From Macrostomum lignano (Eukaryota): a stretch of DNA of 64,000 bases. Shown here in pieces: positions 13,445 through 25,600 of the stretch. The DNA lies in contig NIVC01002886.1 of the NCBI GenBank assembly GCA_002269645.1, forward strand, positions 18,309 to 82,308, given 5' to 3'. The notes beneath the pieces were generated by a model. The model did no database searches. It had not been told where the DNA came from and was given only the letters and a program-made list of their open reading frames with translations. The translations under genes were made by a program, and so were the position numbers. The stretch's first letter is position 1. Every line of letters starts with the position of its first letter.

Positions 13445-13662
13445 ACTTATTTCCTGTTTCTCTAAGATGTCTTCCCATTAGCATAAAGCATACTACTATG
13501 AAGTAGCACAGAGCATGCTCCCCTAACTTATTACAGAGCCAGTTTTAACCACCCAATGGAATCAAGAAACCGCCTACTCTATTGCTAGCAGCTATAAGAC
13601 CCCAATCAACTCAAACCCAGGCACTCCAGCTTCCCGAAGCCCAGCTCACTCCCAGCCCCAAG

Positions 13663-16600
13663 ATGGACAAGCCCGGCATTCGCTACCAGAAGCTGCGCGA
13701 GCGAGCGCAAAAACGCGACAGCGTGGACTCACGACAGTCAAGCGACGCGAGCTCGGGCAGTCAGACCCAACTGCTCGGAGCCGCCACGGGCGTCGGAGCT
13801 TCGGGAACGTCGACAGTGGAGACAGCAGTGACGGAACAACAGCAGCAGCGAATCCAGGTGCCCTCGGTTCAGGTTGAGTCAGCGGGCGCCTCGTCCGCCA
13901 GCCTGAGCTCCCCAGTAGCCGGGGGCGGCGCGGCCTCCCAGTCTCCAGTCGCTTCATCATCTTCATCTCCTTCTGGAGGCTCGAACTCAGGACCTATGCA
14001 GGACCAACAGCCGCCACAGCCGCCGCCGCCGCCGCCGCCACTTCAACAGGAGGACAGCGTCCGCTCGGAGGAGGGCACCGTGGCTACCGAAACTACAACC
14101 GACGAGGCGGGCGGAGGCGGCCGCGTGCTGCAGCACTGCCGCAGGGGCGAGTGGGCCAACGTGGAGGCGCAGCTGAGAAAAGGCGATTTCCATCCGTGGG
14201 AGCTGGCGGAGGCTGAGGAGGTTGGATGGGAATAATTGTTGCTGTTGTCATTATTGATATCATGTCTCATAGATTTTGGCTCATAGGTCCTGGCTCATAG
14301 GTCATAGCTAATTCATCGTAAGTCATAGATCGTGGCTCATAAACCATTGCTCATACGTCATAACTCATAAATCATCGCTTATAGATCATGGCTCATAGAT
14401 CGTGGCTCCTAAATCATCGCTTATAGATCATGGCTCAAAGATCGTGGCTCATAAATCATCGCTCATAGATCATGGCTCATAGATCGTGGCTCATAAATCA
14501 TCGCTCATAGATCATGGCTCATAGATCGTGGCTCATAAATCATCGCTTATAGATCATGGCTCATAGATCGTGGCTCATAAATCATCGCTCATAGATCATG
14601 GCTCATAGATCGTGGCTCATAAATCATCGCTCATAGATCATGGCTCATAGATCGTGGCTCATAAATCATCGCTTATAGATCATGGCTCATAGATCGTGGC
14701 TCATAAATCATCGCTTATAGATCATGGCTCATAGATCGTGGCTCATAAATCATCGCTTATAGATCATGGCTCATAGATCGTGGCTCATAGATCGTGGCTC
14801 ATAAATAATCGCTCATAAATCATTGCTCATAGCTCATAGCTCATAAATCAGAGCTCATCAATGACAGCCCAGATACCATAGCAGCACTCTTAACACAGCG
14901 ACTCCATGAAATGTTCTTTACGGCGAGAAATGAAACAGCCGTTTGTTTTAATGCTTCTCCACCAACAACTCGATGGACTATCAAAAATGAATTTCAGGGC
15001 AGCGGCGAGACGCCCCTCATGATGGCCTGCCGCGACAACAAACTGGTGATTGTCGACAGACTGCTCGAGAGCGGCGCCGGAGTTTTCGAGAAATGCTCGG
15101 TCAGCTCTACTGATTCTGCACTCTCCCTCTCGCACTCTCCCTCTCGCACTCTCCCTCTCGCACTCTCCCTCTCGCACTCTCCCTCTCGCACTCTCCCTCT
15201 CGCACTCTCCCTCTCGCACTCTCCCTCTCGCACTCTCCCTCTCGCACTCTCCCTCTCGCACTCTCCCTCTCGCACTCTCCCTCTCGCACTCTCCCTCTCG
15301 CACTCTCCCTCTCGCACTCTCCCTCTCGCACTCTCCCTCTCGCACTCTCCCTCTCGCACTCTCCCTCTCGCACTCTCCCTCTCGCACTCTCCCTCTCGCA
15401 CTCTCCCTCTCGCACTCTCCCTCTCGCACTCTCCCTCTCGCACTCTCCATCTCGCACTCTCCCTCTCGCACTCTCCCTCTCGCACTCTCCATCTCGCACT
15501 CTCCCTCTCGCACTCTCCATCTCGCACTCTCCCTCTCGCACTCTCCCTCTCGCACTCTCCCTCTCGCACTCTCCCTCTCGCACTCTCCCTCTCGCACTCT
15601 CCCTCTCGCACTCTCCCTCTCGCACTCTCCCTCTCGCACTCTCCCTCTCGCACTCTCCCTCTCGCACTCTCCCTCTCGCACTCTCCATCTCGCACTCTCC
15701 CTCTCGCACTCTCCCTCTCGCACTCTCCATTTCTCACTCTCCATTTCGCACTCTCATTTCACACTCTCATTTCACACTCTCCATTTCGCACTCTCCCTCT
15801 CGCACTCTCCCTCTCGCACTCTCCCTCTCGCACTCTCCCTCTCGCACTCTCCCTCTCGCACTCTCCCTCTCGCACTCTCCATCTCGCACTCTCCCTCTCG
15901 CACTCTCCCTCTCGCACTCTCCCTCTCGCACTCTCCATTTCTCACTCTCCATTTCGCACTCTCATTTCACACTCTCATTTCACACTCTCCATCTCGCACT
16001 CTCCCTCTCGCACTCTCCATCTCGCACTCTCCATCTCGTACTCTCCCTCTCGCACTCTCCCTCTCGCACTCTCCCTCTCGCACTCTCCCTCTCGCACTCT
16101 CCCTCTCGCACTCTCCCTCTCGCACTCTCCCTCTCGCACTCTCCCTCTCGCACTCTCCCTCTCGCACTCTCCCTCTCGCACTCTCCCTCTCGCACTCTCC
16201 CTCTCGCACTCTCCCTCTCGCACTCTCCATTTCTCACTCTCCATTTCGCACTCTCATTTCACACTCTCATTTCACACTCTCCATCTCGCACTCTCCCTCT
16301 CGCACTCTCCCTCTCGCACTCTCCATTTCTCACTCTCCATTTCGCACTCTCATTTCACACTCTCATTTCACACTCTCCATCTCGCACTCTCCCTCTCGCA
16401 CTCTCCATCTCGCACTCTCCATCTCGTACTCTCCATCTCGCACTCTCCATCTCGTACTCTCCATCTCGCACTTTCCATCTGGCACTCCTTGAACTCAGTT
16501 TAAGACAAATTTTAATTGGCCCATGAGGTTGGTTTTCGCTGCTGATACCCTGTCTCACTGGGAACGGAATCTTTACAACAAAAACCAATTTCTTCGATAG

Positions 16601-19600
16601 AAAAAATGTCTACCCTTAGCACAACAAAGGTTCTGGTCCCCATTCAAATTGCAACTCCCCCAGTGTCCCGTTGCCATTGACAACCCAGCGCACACACAAC
16701 AATAATGCATTATAAATCTCTGTAGCACAGTCAAATAAAGTAGAGTGATGAGGTAGGCTAGGCAACATATAAAGCCAGTTCATAAGGTTTCTAGGAATTG
16801 GTCCGCTGGGATTTGAAGCCAAGGGCTTATAGAGAGCAAGGCTCGTGCACCGGATGCTCCGTGAGTTGCTGCCTTGGCACTGAATGGTAAAGGTAACAGA
16901 ATTTATGGGTGCTTTGAGAAAGGCATTGTGTGCGTTTCTCAATAGCTGTATTTCTTTTCAATTTAGTTCTACAAGAGCCGGTTCGCATCCATCACTTTTT
17001 TTAATTCTTTCAGATTCTCAGATTCTAAGCTGGTTTTCACAATAGTAGAAGCTATTTATTTGGACCCATGATGCTTGGGATCTGTACGTGACATCATTGA
17101 TAACTTTAGCACTCATTTAAGCTGTTTTCTTTCAAATAAGGGGTTGTAGTCTAATGGTCGGACTCAGGACTTGAAAGGTCGGGGGTTCGATTCCCGATCC
17201 CACTCGGAACAATTTGAGTCTTTGAGCAAGATATATGACTCTGCATTGCTTCAGTTCACCCAGCTGTAAAATGGGTGCCAGCATTAGCTGGGGTAATTGT
17301 GTGTTGGCGTACTGAAGTCCTTGGACTGAACAGCCGTACGCAGCCTTCAGACGCGCCGCGCAATAGCTGCGGCTGAGCTGTCGGTTGCACATCTGTCTAT
17401 TGGGGCAGGCGTAATCAATTATTACCATTTATTATTAAACATTATTTCTTTAAAAATATAAAATAATAAAAATACCCAAAATTTTCGAAGTACTGCATCA
17501 CGAGCGCAATCTCTCTGTCACTGTATTTCAGGACGGTCGAACGGCCCTGCACTTTGCTGGCCAATACGCCAAGGACGACATCATCAAGCTGCTGCTGGCC
17601 AGGAAAGCCGACCCAAATCAGACTGGAGGGGTGAGAGATCGCAACACATTACCGCCAGGAGCTTTAAAGATTACCGGTTTACATTTGCGGGTCAAATATT
17701 GCTCAAATCAATGTGCAGTTAATTCAGATCCACAGTTGCCACAAATAAGGACCAACCTTAGGGTGTACACTGCCTGACAGAGGGTGTACACTGCCTGACA
17801 GAGGGTGTACACTGCCTGACAGAGGGTGTACACTGCCTGACAGAGGGTGTACACTGCCTGACAGAGGGTGTACACTGCCTGACAGAGGGTGTACACTGCC
17901 TGACAGAGGGTGTACACTGCCTGACAGTGAGAAAGTTAGGCCCGCTGTACACTCTGAGTGAGTACACGCCTGCTTACATATCCTTGTACATGTGCGTTCT
18001 CAGAGGTTAGCGGAATGGATATAAATGATTGCCAGCTGCTACAACTCTTATTGTAGTCTGCTCTGATTGGACGCGGGACAGGCGGATGAGTTGTGACGTC
18101 ATTCTCTAAATTATAGTCCCTCTCTACCCTTCCTTGTCGCCTATTGGCTAGCAAGCATTCCAATCGAAAGGTCATACCCAGCGCCATCCCAATACTGCCC
18201 ACCGCAGCCCCTGGAGCAGACGTCACTGCACTACGCCTGCCAGAGGTCCCAGTCCGCACTGCCGGCCGTATTGACCCTCATAAAGGTGACGAAAAACGGC
18301 CGATTGGTGACAGATAAGGTAAAAAACATATCTAATCTTAAGGTAGAATTGTTGGTAAAAACATGATATAAAAGTGCCCATCCACCCCAGCCTGGCAACA
18401 TCCCACTGTACTACGCGGTGGACAGCGGCAACGCCTTAGTGATGAAGGAGCTGCTGGACCGGGACACGGATGTGCAGGTGCGCTGGCGCCACGGGGCGTC
18501 TGGCAACACCGCCCTGCACGTGGCGGCCGGCAAGCGCGACCTCGAGATGGTGAAGATTCTGTGCGACTCTGGGGCCGACATCAATGCGCAGAATGTGAGG
18601 TTGCTGGGATAGATATGATGGAGTTTTTCAGGCATCTAAGCATTTAAGATGCACTGTACTAGCGACAAAAATTACCGATGTAACAAGTGCAGACTACGCG
18701 CTCCTTTGTAGAATGCCGGTCAGACTCCGCTCCACATTAGCGCCAATGAAGGCGACGAGGCTGTGGTGCGGTTCCTGCACTCCAACAAGGCCGATGCCAG
18801 CATTCTGGACAAGGTGCTGCTGTTTATACGTTTGTTTAGGGCTGGGGAACTAGTTCGAAGGGAAGAGGCGTATAGAGGATCCAGGTCTCTCCGTTGGGCT
18901 TTATCTGGAGTCCGAAATTGACGCTAAGTCCACAAGCTCCATCCCAGCTCCATCCCAGCTCCATGCAAGCTCCATGCAAGCTCCATGCAAGCTCCATGCA
19001 ATCTCCATCCCAGCTCCATCCCAGCTCCATCCCAGCTCCATCCAAGCTCCATTCCAGCTCCATCCCAGCTCCATCCCAGCAACATTCCAGCTCCATTCCA
19101 ACTCCATCTCAGCTCCATCCCAGCTCCATCCAAGCTCCATCCCAGCTCCATCCCAGCACCATCCCAGCTCCATCCCAGCTCCATCCCAGCTCCATCCAAG
19201 ATCCATTCCAGCTCCATCCCAGCTCCATCCCAGCAACATTCCAGCTCCATTCCAACTCCATCCCAGCTCCATCCCAGCTCCATCCAAGCTCCATCCCAGC
19301 TCCATCCCAGCTCCATCCAAGCTCCATCCCAGCTCCATCCCAGCTTCATCCCAGCTCCATCCAAGCTCCATTCCAGCTCCATCCCAGCTCCATCCCAGCA
19401 ACATTCCAGCTCCATTCCAACTCCATCCCAGCTCCATCCCAGCTCCATCCCAGCTCCATTCCAGCTCCATTCCAGCTCCATTCCAACTCCATTCCAACTC
19501 CATTCCAACTCCATCCCAGCTCCATCCCAGCTCCATCCCAGCTTCATCCCAGCTCCATTCCAGCTCCATCCAAGCTCCATTCCAGCTCCATCCCAGGTCC

Positions 19601-22600
19601 ATCCCAGCTCCATCCCAGCAACATTCCAGCTCCATTCCAGCTCCATTCCAGCTCCATCCCAGCTCCATCCCAGCTCCATTCCAGCTCCATTCCAGCTCCA
19701 TCCCAGCTCCATCCCAGCAACATTCCAGCTCAATTTTAGCTCCCACTAAGCTCTGTCCAAGGCTTTTGCTAGAGCCTGAAGTTGACGCTCAGAGGCTCAT
19801 ATTCTAGCGCAAAATTTGGCATATGATTTTGAGTGAGTCAGAGCTTTAGTTTCCAACCGAAAGAATACAGTTAACCCAGTTGGCGGTGTCCTGATTGAAG
19901 AAGTGAAACTTCTAGATAAGATCGATAAATCCTCTTGGACTCTTTTCCAACGCCCCTACAGCAAGACCGCAGCCCTCTGCACATGGCGGCCGAACGTGGC
20001 CAGACAAAAATAGTGGAGCTGCTAATTGACAAGTTCAAATGCAACGTGCTGGCCCGCACCAAGGACGGCAGCACTTTGATGCACGTGACCTCACAGTCGG
20101 GATTCCCCGAGACTACCATGGCCTTTCTTCGACGCGGAGTGCCGCTGCACATGCCGAACAAGAGCGGCGGAGTCTGCCTGCACGCGGCGGCCAAAAGCGG
20201 TCACGCCAGCGTTGTCCGCAGCCTCCTGGAGAAGGGCGCCAACGTGAACGCGGTGACGAAGGACCGGCTGACTGCGCTGCATGAAGCCGTGGCCAGGGGC
20301 CACCCGGCCGTAGTGGAAACCCTACTCGGCTTCGGGGCGCAGGTTCGTGCTGGAGCACTACAATTAGTCCGTGAAGTGCAATTAGCCTGTGGAATGCAAT
20401 TAGTCTGTGGAATGCAATTAGTCTGTGGAATGCAATTAGTCTGTGGAGTGCAATTAGCCTGTGGAGTGCAATTAGCCTATGGAATGCAATTAGTCTGTGG
20501 AATGCAATTAGTCTGTGGAGTGCAATTAGCCAGTGGAGTGCAATTAGCCTGTGGAGTTCAATTAGTCTGTGGAATGCAATTAGTCTGTGGAGTGCAATTA
20601 GCCTGTGGAGTTCAATTAGTCTGTGGAATGCAATTAGTCTGTGGAATGCAATTAGTCTGTGGAATGCAATTAGTCTGTGGAGTGCAATTAGCCTGTGGAG
20701 TTCAATTAGTCTGTGGAATGCAATTAGTCTGTGGAGTGCAATTAGCCTGTGGAGTGCAATTAGCCTATGGAATGCAATTAGTCTGTGGAATGCAATTAGT
20801 CTGTGGAGTGCAATTGGTCTGTGGAATGCAATTAGTCTCTGGAGTGAAATGGGTTTGGACTATGAATAATAATAATAATAAATAATTGATTACACCTGCC
20901 CCAATTGGGCCAGATGCGCAACTGACAGCTCAGCCGCAGCTATTGCGCGGCGCATCTGAAGGCTGCGTACGGCTGTTCAGTCCAAGGACTGGGGGGTCGC
21001 CACACACCCTCAATTACCCCAGCTAATGCTGGCACCCATTTTACAGCTGGGTGAACTGACGTCGAAAATTTAATATAACAAGAACCATACAGTAGTTTGT
21101 GAAACCCCCCACCCCTCAATAACACAAATTGTTCCGAGTGGGATCGGGAATCGAACCCTCGACCTTTAAGTCGGAGTCCGACGCTCTAACCACTAGGTTA
21201 CACCGCCCTATAAAGCACCACAAAAAGTCAGGATTGTCCTTATTAAACAAAGTGTATTTGAGATGGAATTTTCAGTACTAGTTGTCAAGGTTGGAAAACG
21301 GCCTCCGGGGCTTGAATGGTTGCTATCAGTGTCAAACTGTGGTAGGTCTCAAATGTCCGGAGAGCCAACGATAAGGCTTGTTGTACGATCTGCTCCCATG
21401 AATTCTAACTCGCCGAGTGTGTGCATGACTGACAATGACAAGGTCAGGGGTTAATGTACATCTTGTGTGAGCGCGGCCTGAGTACGTATTCCCCAACTAC
21501 CTCATTACTCAACAGGTGGACGTCAAGGGCGGCGAAGACGAAGATACTCCGCTGCATCTGGCGGCTCGGACCAGCGGCGGCGAGCGCTGCGCCGAGATGC
21601 TGCTGAAGAGCGGCGCCAACGTCAACAAGGCCAACCGGCTGGGCCAGACGCCGCTGCACACGGCGGCCAAAGGCGGCAACGTCGACATGCTGCTGGCGCT
21701 GCTGGCCGAGGCCGGCGACCCGACTCGCGTCTGCCAGCAGGTGAGAATTTCCTCCGACTCTGAGACTGATCCTTCGTTTAGTCTTTAGTCTATATGGGGT
21801 TGCAGTCTAGTGGTTAGAGAGTCGGGCTCACGACTTGCAGGTCGTGAGTTCGATTCCCGATCCCATCGGAGCAATCTGAGTCCTTGAGCAAGACACTTAC
21901 GAAGTAACTCTGCATTGCTTCTGTAAAATGGGTGCCAGCATTAGCTGGGGTAATTGAGGGTGTGTGTGGCGACCCCCCAGTCCTTGGACTGAACAGCCGT
22001 ACGCAGCCTTCGGATGCGCCGCGCAAATAGCTGCGGCTGAGCTGTCGGTTGCACATCTGGCCCAATTGGGGCAGGTGCAGTCAATTCCTGTGCAGCTTGC
22101 AGTGGGCACCGGTGGCACAACAGGAACTGCACTCGCATTGCTCCTACAGTGTAGACTTTCTCATCGCTATGGGCCTTAAACCGTCTTCATATTTTGCACT
22201 TTACACTGATTGCATGCTTGACCCGAAAATGAGTCAGACTTTCGTTAACACTGAAATGACCTACTACGCTTGTATTTGGGTGTTTGGTAAGCGTTTGTAG
22301 TTCCACTGGCTATGCGGAGAGATTTGCACCCAGCGAATATTTAAGTATTCAAAGAAATGCCTTCTATTCAATTTGACACCTTGCTAGGGCAACAGTCCGC
22401 TGCACCTGGCCGCCAGACACTGTCGCTATCCGGTTGCTAAGGCAATTATTGAGCACGTTGAGTCAACAAAATCGCATCACGACGCCGTGCACCTGGTTAA
22501 CCTTGGCAACAAGGAGGGCGAAACAGCGCTTCACTACGCTGCGGAACTGTCCAAAGATAAGGCAGGCGGCGACTTCGACGACACGGACCTGGTGAAGCTG

Positions 22601-25600
22601 CTGCTGCGCTACGAGGGCGACATCAGCGTGCCCACGAAATTCGTGAGAAAGCGGCTTCTTTGACGGCATAGAATTGTTGGTGCTGGCTGCGGGCACAAAG
22701 CCAACATGGATCAGACCGCTGATTGAAGCATATCTGAAATTTCTTTTCAGACTGCGGAGACGCCGCTGCACTATTGCGCCAGATCGGGCAATGAGGACAT
22801 CCTGCTGGAGATTGTCAAATTTCTTGACCACAGGGTCCAGCTGGTGGTCAACAGGCAGTCGTCGGTGAGGAAGGCTACTCCTAAGCTCCTAAGCTTCATC
22901 AGAGCTTTATCTCAGCTCCCTCCCAGCTCCATCCCAGCTCCATCCAAGCTCCATCCCAGCTCCATCCAAGCTCTATCCAAGCTCCATCCAAGCTCCATCC
23001 AAGCTCCATCCAAGCTCCATCCAAGCTCCATCCAAGCTCCATCCCAGCTCCATCCAAGCTCCATCCAAGCTCTATCCAAGCTCCATCCAAGCTCCATCCA
23101 AGCTCCATCCAAGCTCCATCCCAGCTCCATCCAAGCTCCATCCAAGCTCTATCCAAGCTCCATCCAAGCTCCATCCAAGCTCCATCCAAGCTCCGTCCCA
23201 GCTCCATCCAAGCTCTATCCAAGCTCCATCCAAGCTCCATCCAAGCTCCATCCCAGCTCCATCCAAGCTCTATCCAAGCTCCATCCAAGCTCCATCCAAG
23301 CTCTATCCAAGCTCCATCCAAGCTCCATCCAAGCTCCATCCAAGCTCCATCCAAGCTCCATCCAAGCTCTATCCAAGCTCCATCCAAGCTCCATCCAAGC
23401 TCCATCCCAGCTCCATCCAAGCTCTATCCAAGCTCCATCCAAGCTCCATCCAAGCTCCATCCAAGCTCCATCCAAGCTCTATCCAAGCTCCATCCAAGCT
23501 CCATCCAAGCTCTATCCAAGCTCCATCCAAGCTCCATCCAAGCTCCATCCCAGCTCCATCCAAGCTCTATCCAAGCTCTATCCAAGCTCCATCCAAGCTC
23601 CATCCAAGCTCCATCCAAGCTCCATCCAAGCTCCATCCAAGCTCCATCCAAGCTCTATCCAAGCTCCATCCAAGCTCCATCCAAGCTCCATCCAAGCTCC
23701 ATCCCAGCTCCATCCAAGCTCTATCCAAGCTCCATCCAAGCTCCATCCAAGCTCCATCCCAGCTCCATCCAAGCTTTATCCAAGCTCCATCCAAGCTCCA
23801 TCCAAGCTCTATCCAAGCTCCATCCAAGCTCCATCCAAGCTCCATCCCAGCTCCATCCAAGCTCTATCCCAGCTCCATCCAAGCTCCATCCAAGGTCTAT
23901 CCAAGCTCCATCCAAGCTCCATCCCAGCTCCATCCCAGCTCCATCCAAGCTCTATCCAAGGTCTATCCAAGCTCCATCCAAGCTCCATCCCAGCTCCATC
24001 CCAGCTCCATCCCAGCTCCATCCCAGCTCCATCCCAGCTCCATCCAAGCTCCATCCAAGCTCTATCCAAGGTCTATCCAAGCTCTATCCAAGGTCTATCC
24101 AAGCTCCATCCCAGCTCCATCCCAGCTCCGTCCCAGCTCCATCCAAGCTCCATCCAAGCTCCATCCCAGCTCCATCCAAGCTCCATCCAAGCTCCATCCA
24201 AGCTCCATCCAAGCTCTGTTTAACTCAATTTCACGCTACGTACACAAAAGCTGCGTTATCTGCTCCAATTTCTCTGCATGCACCCAATTCAGTAGTTTGT
24301 AAACATTCCCTAAAGTTTTCCACATTCTCATGCCCAACTCAGCATAAACAGAACAAACCGACTCACTCCCTCCCAAATCGCTACAGAATGGCTGGTCGCC
24401 TTTGCTCATCGCCAGCGACTGCGGCCGGGAGGGCATCGTGCAGATCCTGTTAAAGAAGCACGCTAGAGTTGATGTGTTCGACACGGTGAGTGGCGCTTTG
24501 GATCCGGGCGCCTTTTAGAAACTTTTTACTACTTTTTATTAGCAGCCTCTTCTGGAGCACTCCAATGACTCTTCTGGAGCACTCCAATGACTCTTCTGGA
24601 AGACTCCAATGACTCTTCTGGAGCACTCCAATGACTCTTCTGGAAGACTCCAATGACTCTTCTGGAAGACTCCAATGACTCTTCTGGAGCACTCCAATGA
24701 CTCTTCTGGAAGACTCCAATGACTCTTCTGGAGCACTCCAATGACTCTTCTGGAAGACTCCAATGACTCTTCTGGAAGACTCCAATGACTCTTCTGGAGC
24801 ACTCCAATGACTCTTCTGGAGCACTCCAATGACTCTTCTGGAAGACTCCAATGACTCTTCTGGAAGACTCCAATGACTCTTCTGGAAGACTCCAATGACT
24901 CTTCTGGAAGACTCCAATGACTCTTCTGGAGCACTCCAATGACTCTTCTGGAGCACTCCAATGACTCTTCTGGAGCACTCCAATGACTCTTCTGGAAGAC
25001 TCCAATGACTCTTCTGGAAGACTCCAATGACTCTTCTGGAAGACTCCAATGACTCTTCTGGAACACTCCAATGACTCTTCTGGAAGACTCCAATGACTCT
25101 TCTGGAACATTCCAATGACTCTTCTGGAACAGTCCAATGACTCTTCTGGAACAGTCCAATGACACTTCTGGAAGAATTCAATGACTCTTCTGGAAGACTT
25201 CAATGACTCTTCTGGAAGACTTCAATGACTCTTCTGGAACGCTCCTATGAGTCTTCTGGCAAATGTGACTTCTCTCATTCCAGAAAGGATTCGCCGCGCT
25301 GCACCTGGCTGCCAAGAACAACCACGCCAATGTGGTCCGCAGCCTGCTCCGCATGAACGCTTTCGTGAACGCCAAGAGCAAGGAGTGCTACACACCGCTG
25401 CACCTGGCCGCCCAGGAGGGCCACAACGAGGTGGTGAAACTGCTTCTCAAACAGGATGGCGTGGAGGTGGACGCCAGGACTCTGGTGAGTGCGTTACTCA
25501 CTTTACTTCAGTCCTAATTTAGTCACTTCAATCCTAATTTAGTCACTTCAGTCCTAATTTAGTCACTTCAGTCCTAATTTAGTCACTTCAGTCCTAATTT

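Noticed and set aside
14890-16503. 530-aa and 480-aa SHSPSRTLPLAL / ECERESARGRVR ORFs
   Set aside because: This is a 14-bp intronic array; only 14998-15099 is a real TRPN exon.
18894-24223. PSSIPAPSQLH / MELGWSWDGA repeat ORFs and the in-frame (CGMQLV)n extension of TRPN exon 7
   Set aside because: These are intronic arrays downstream of good GT donors, and homology to NOMPC resumes in the next exon.
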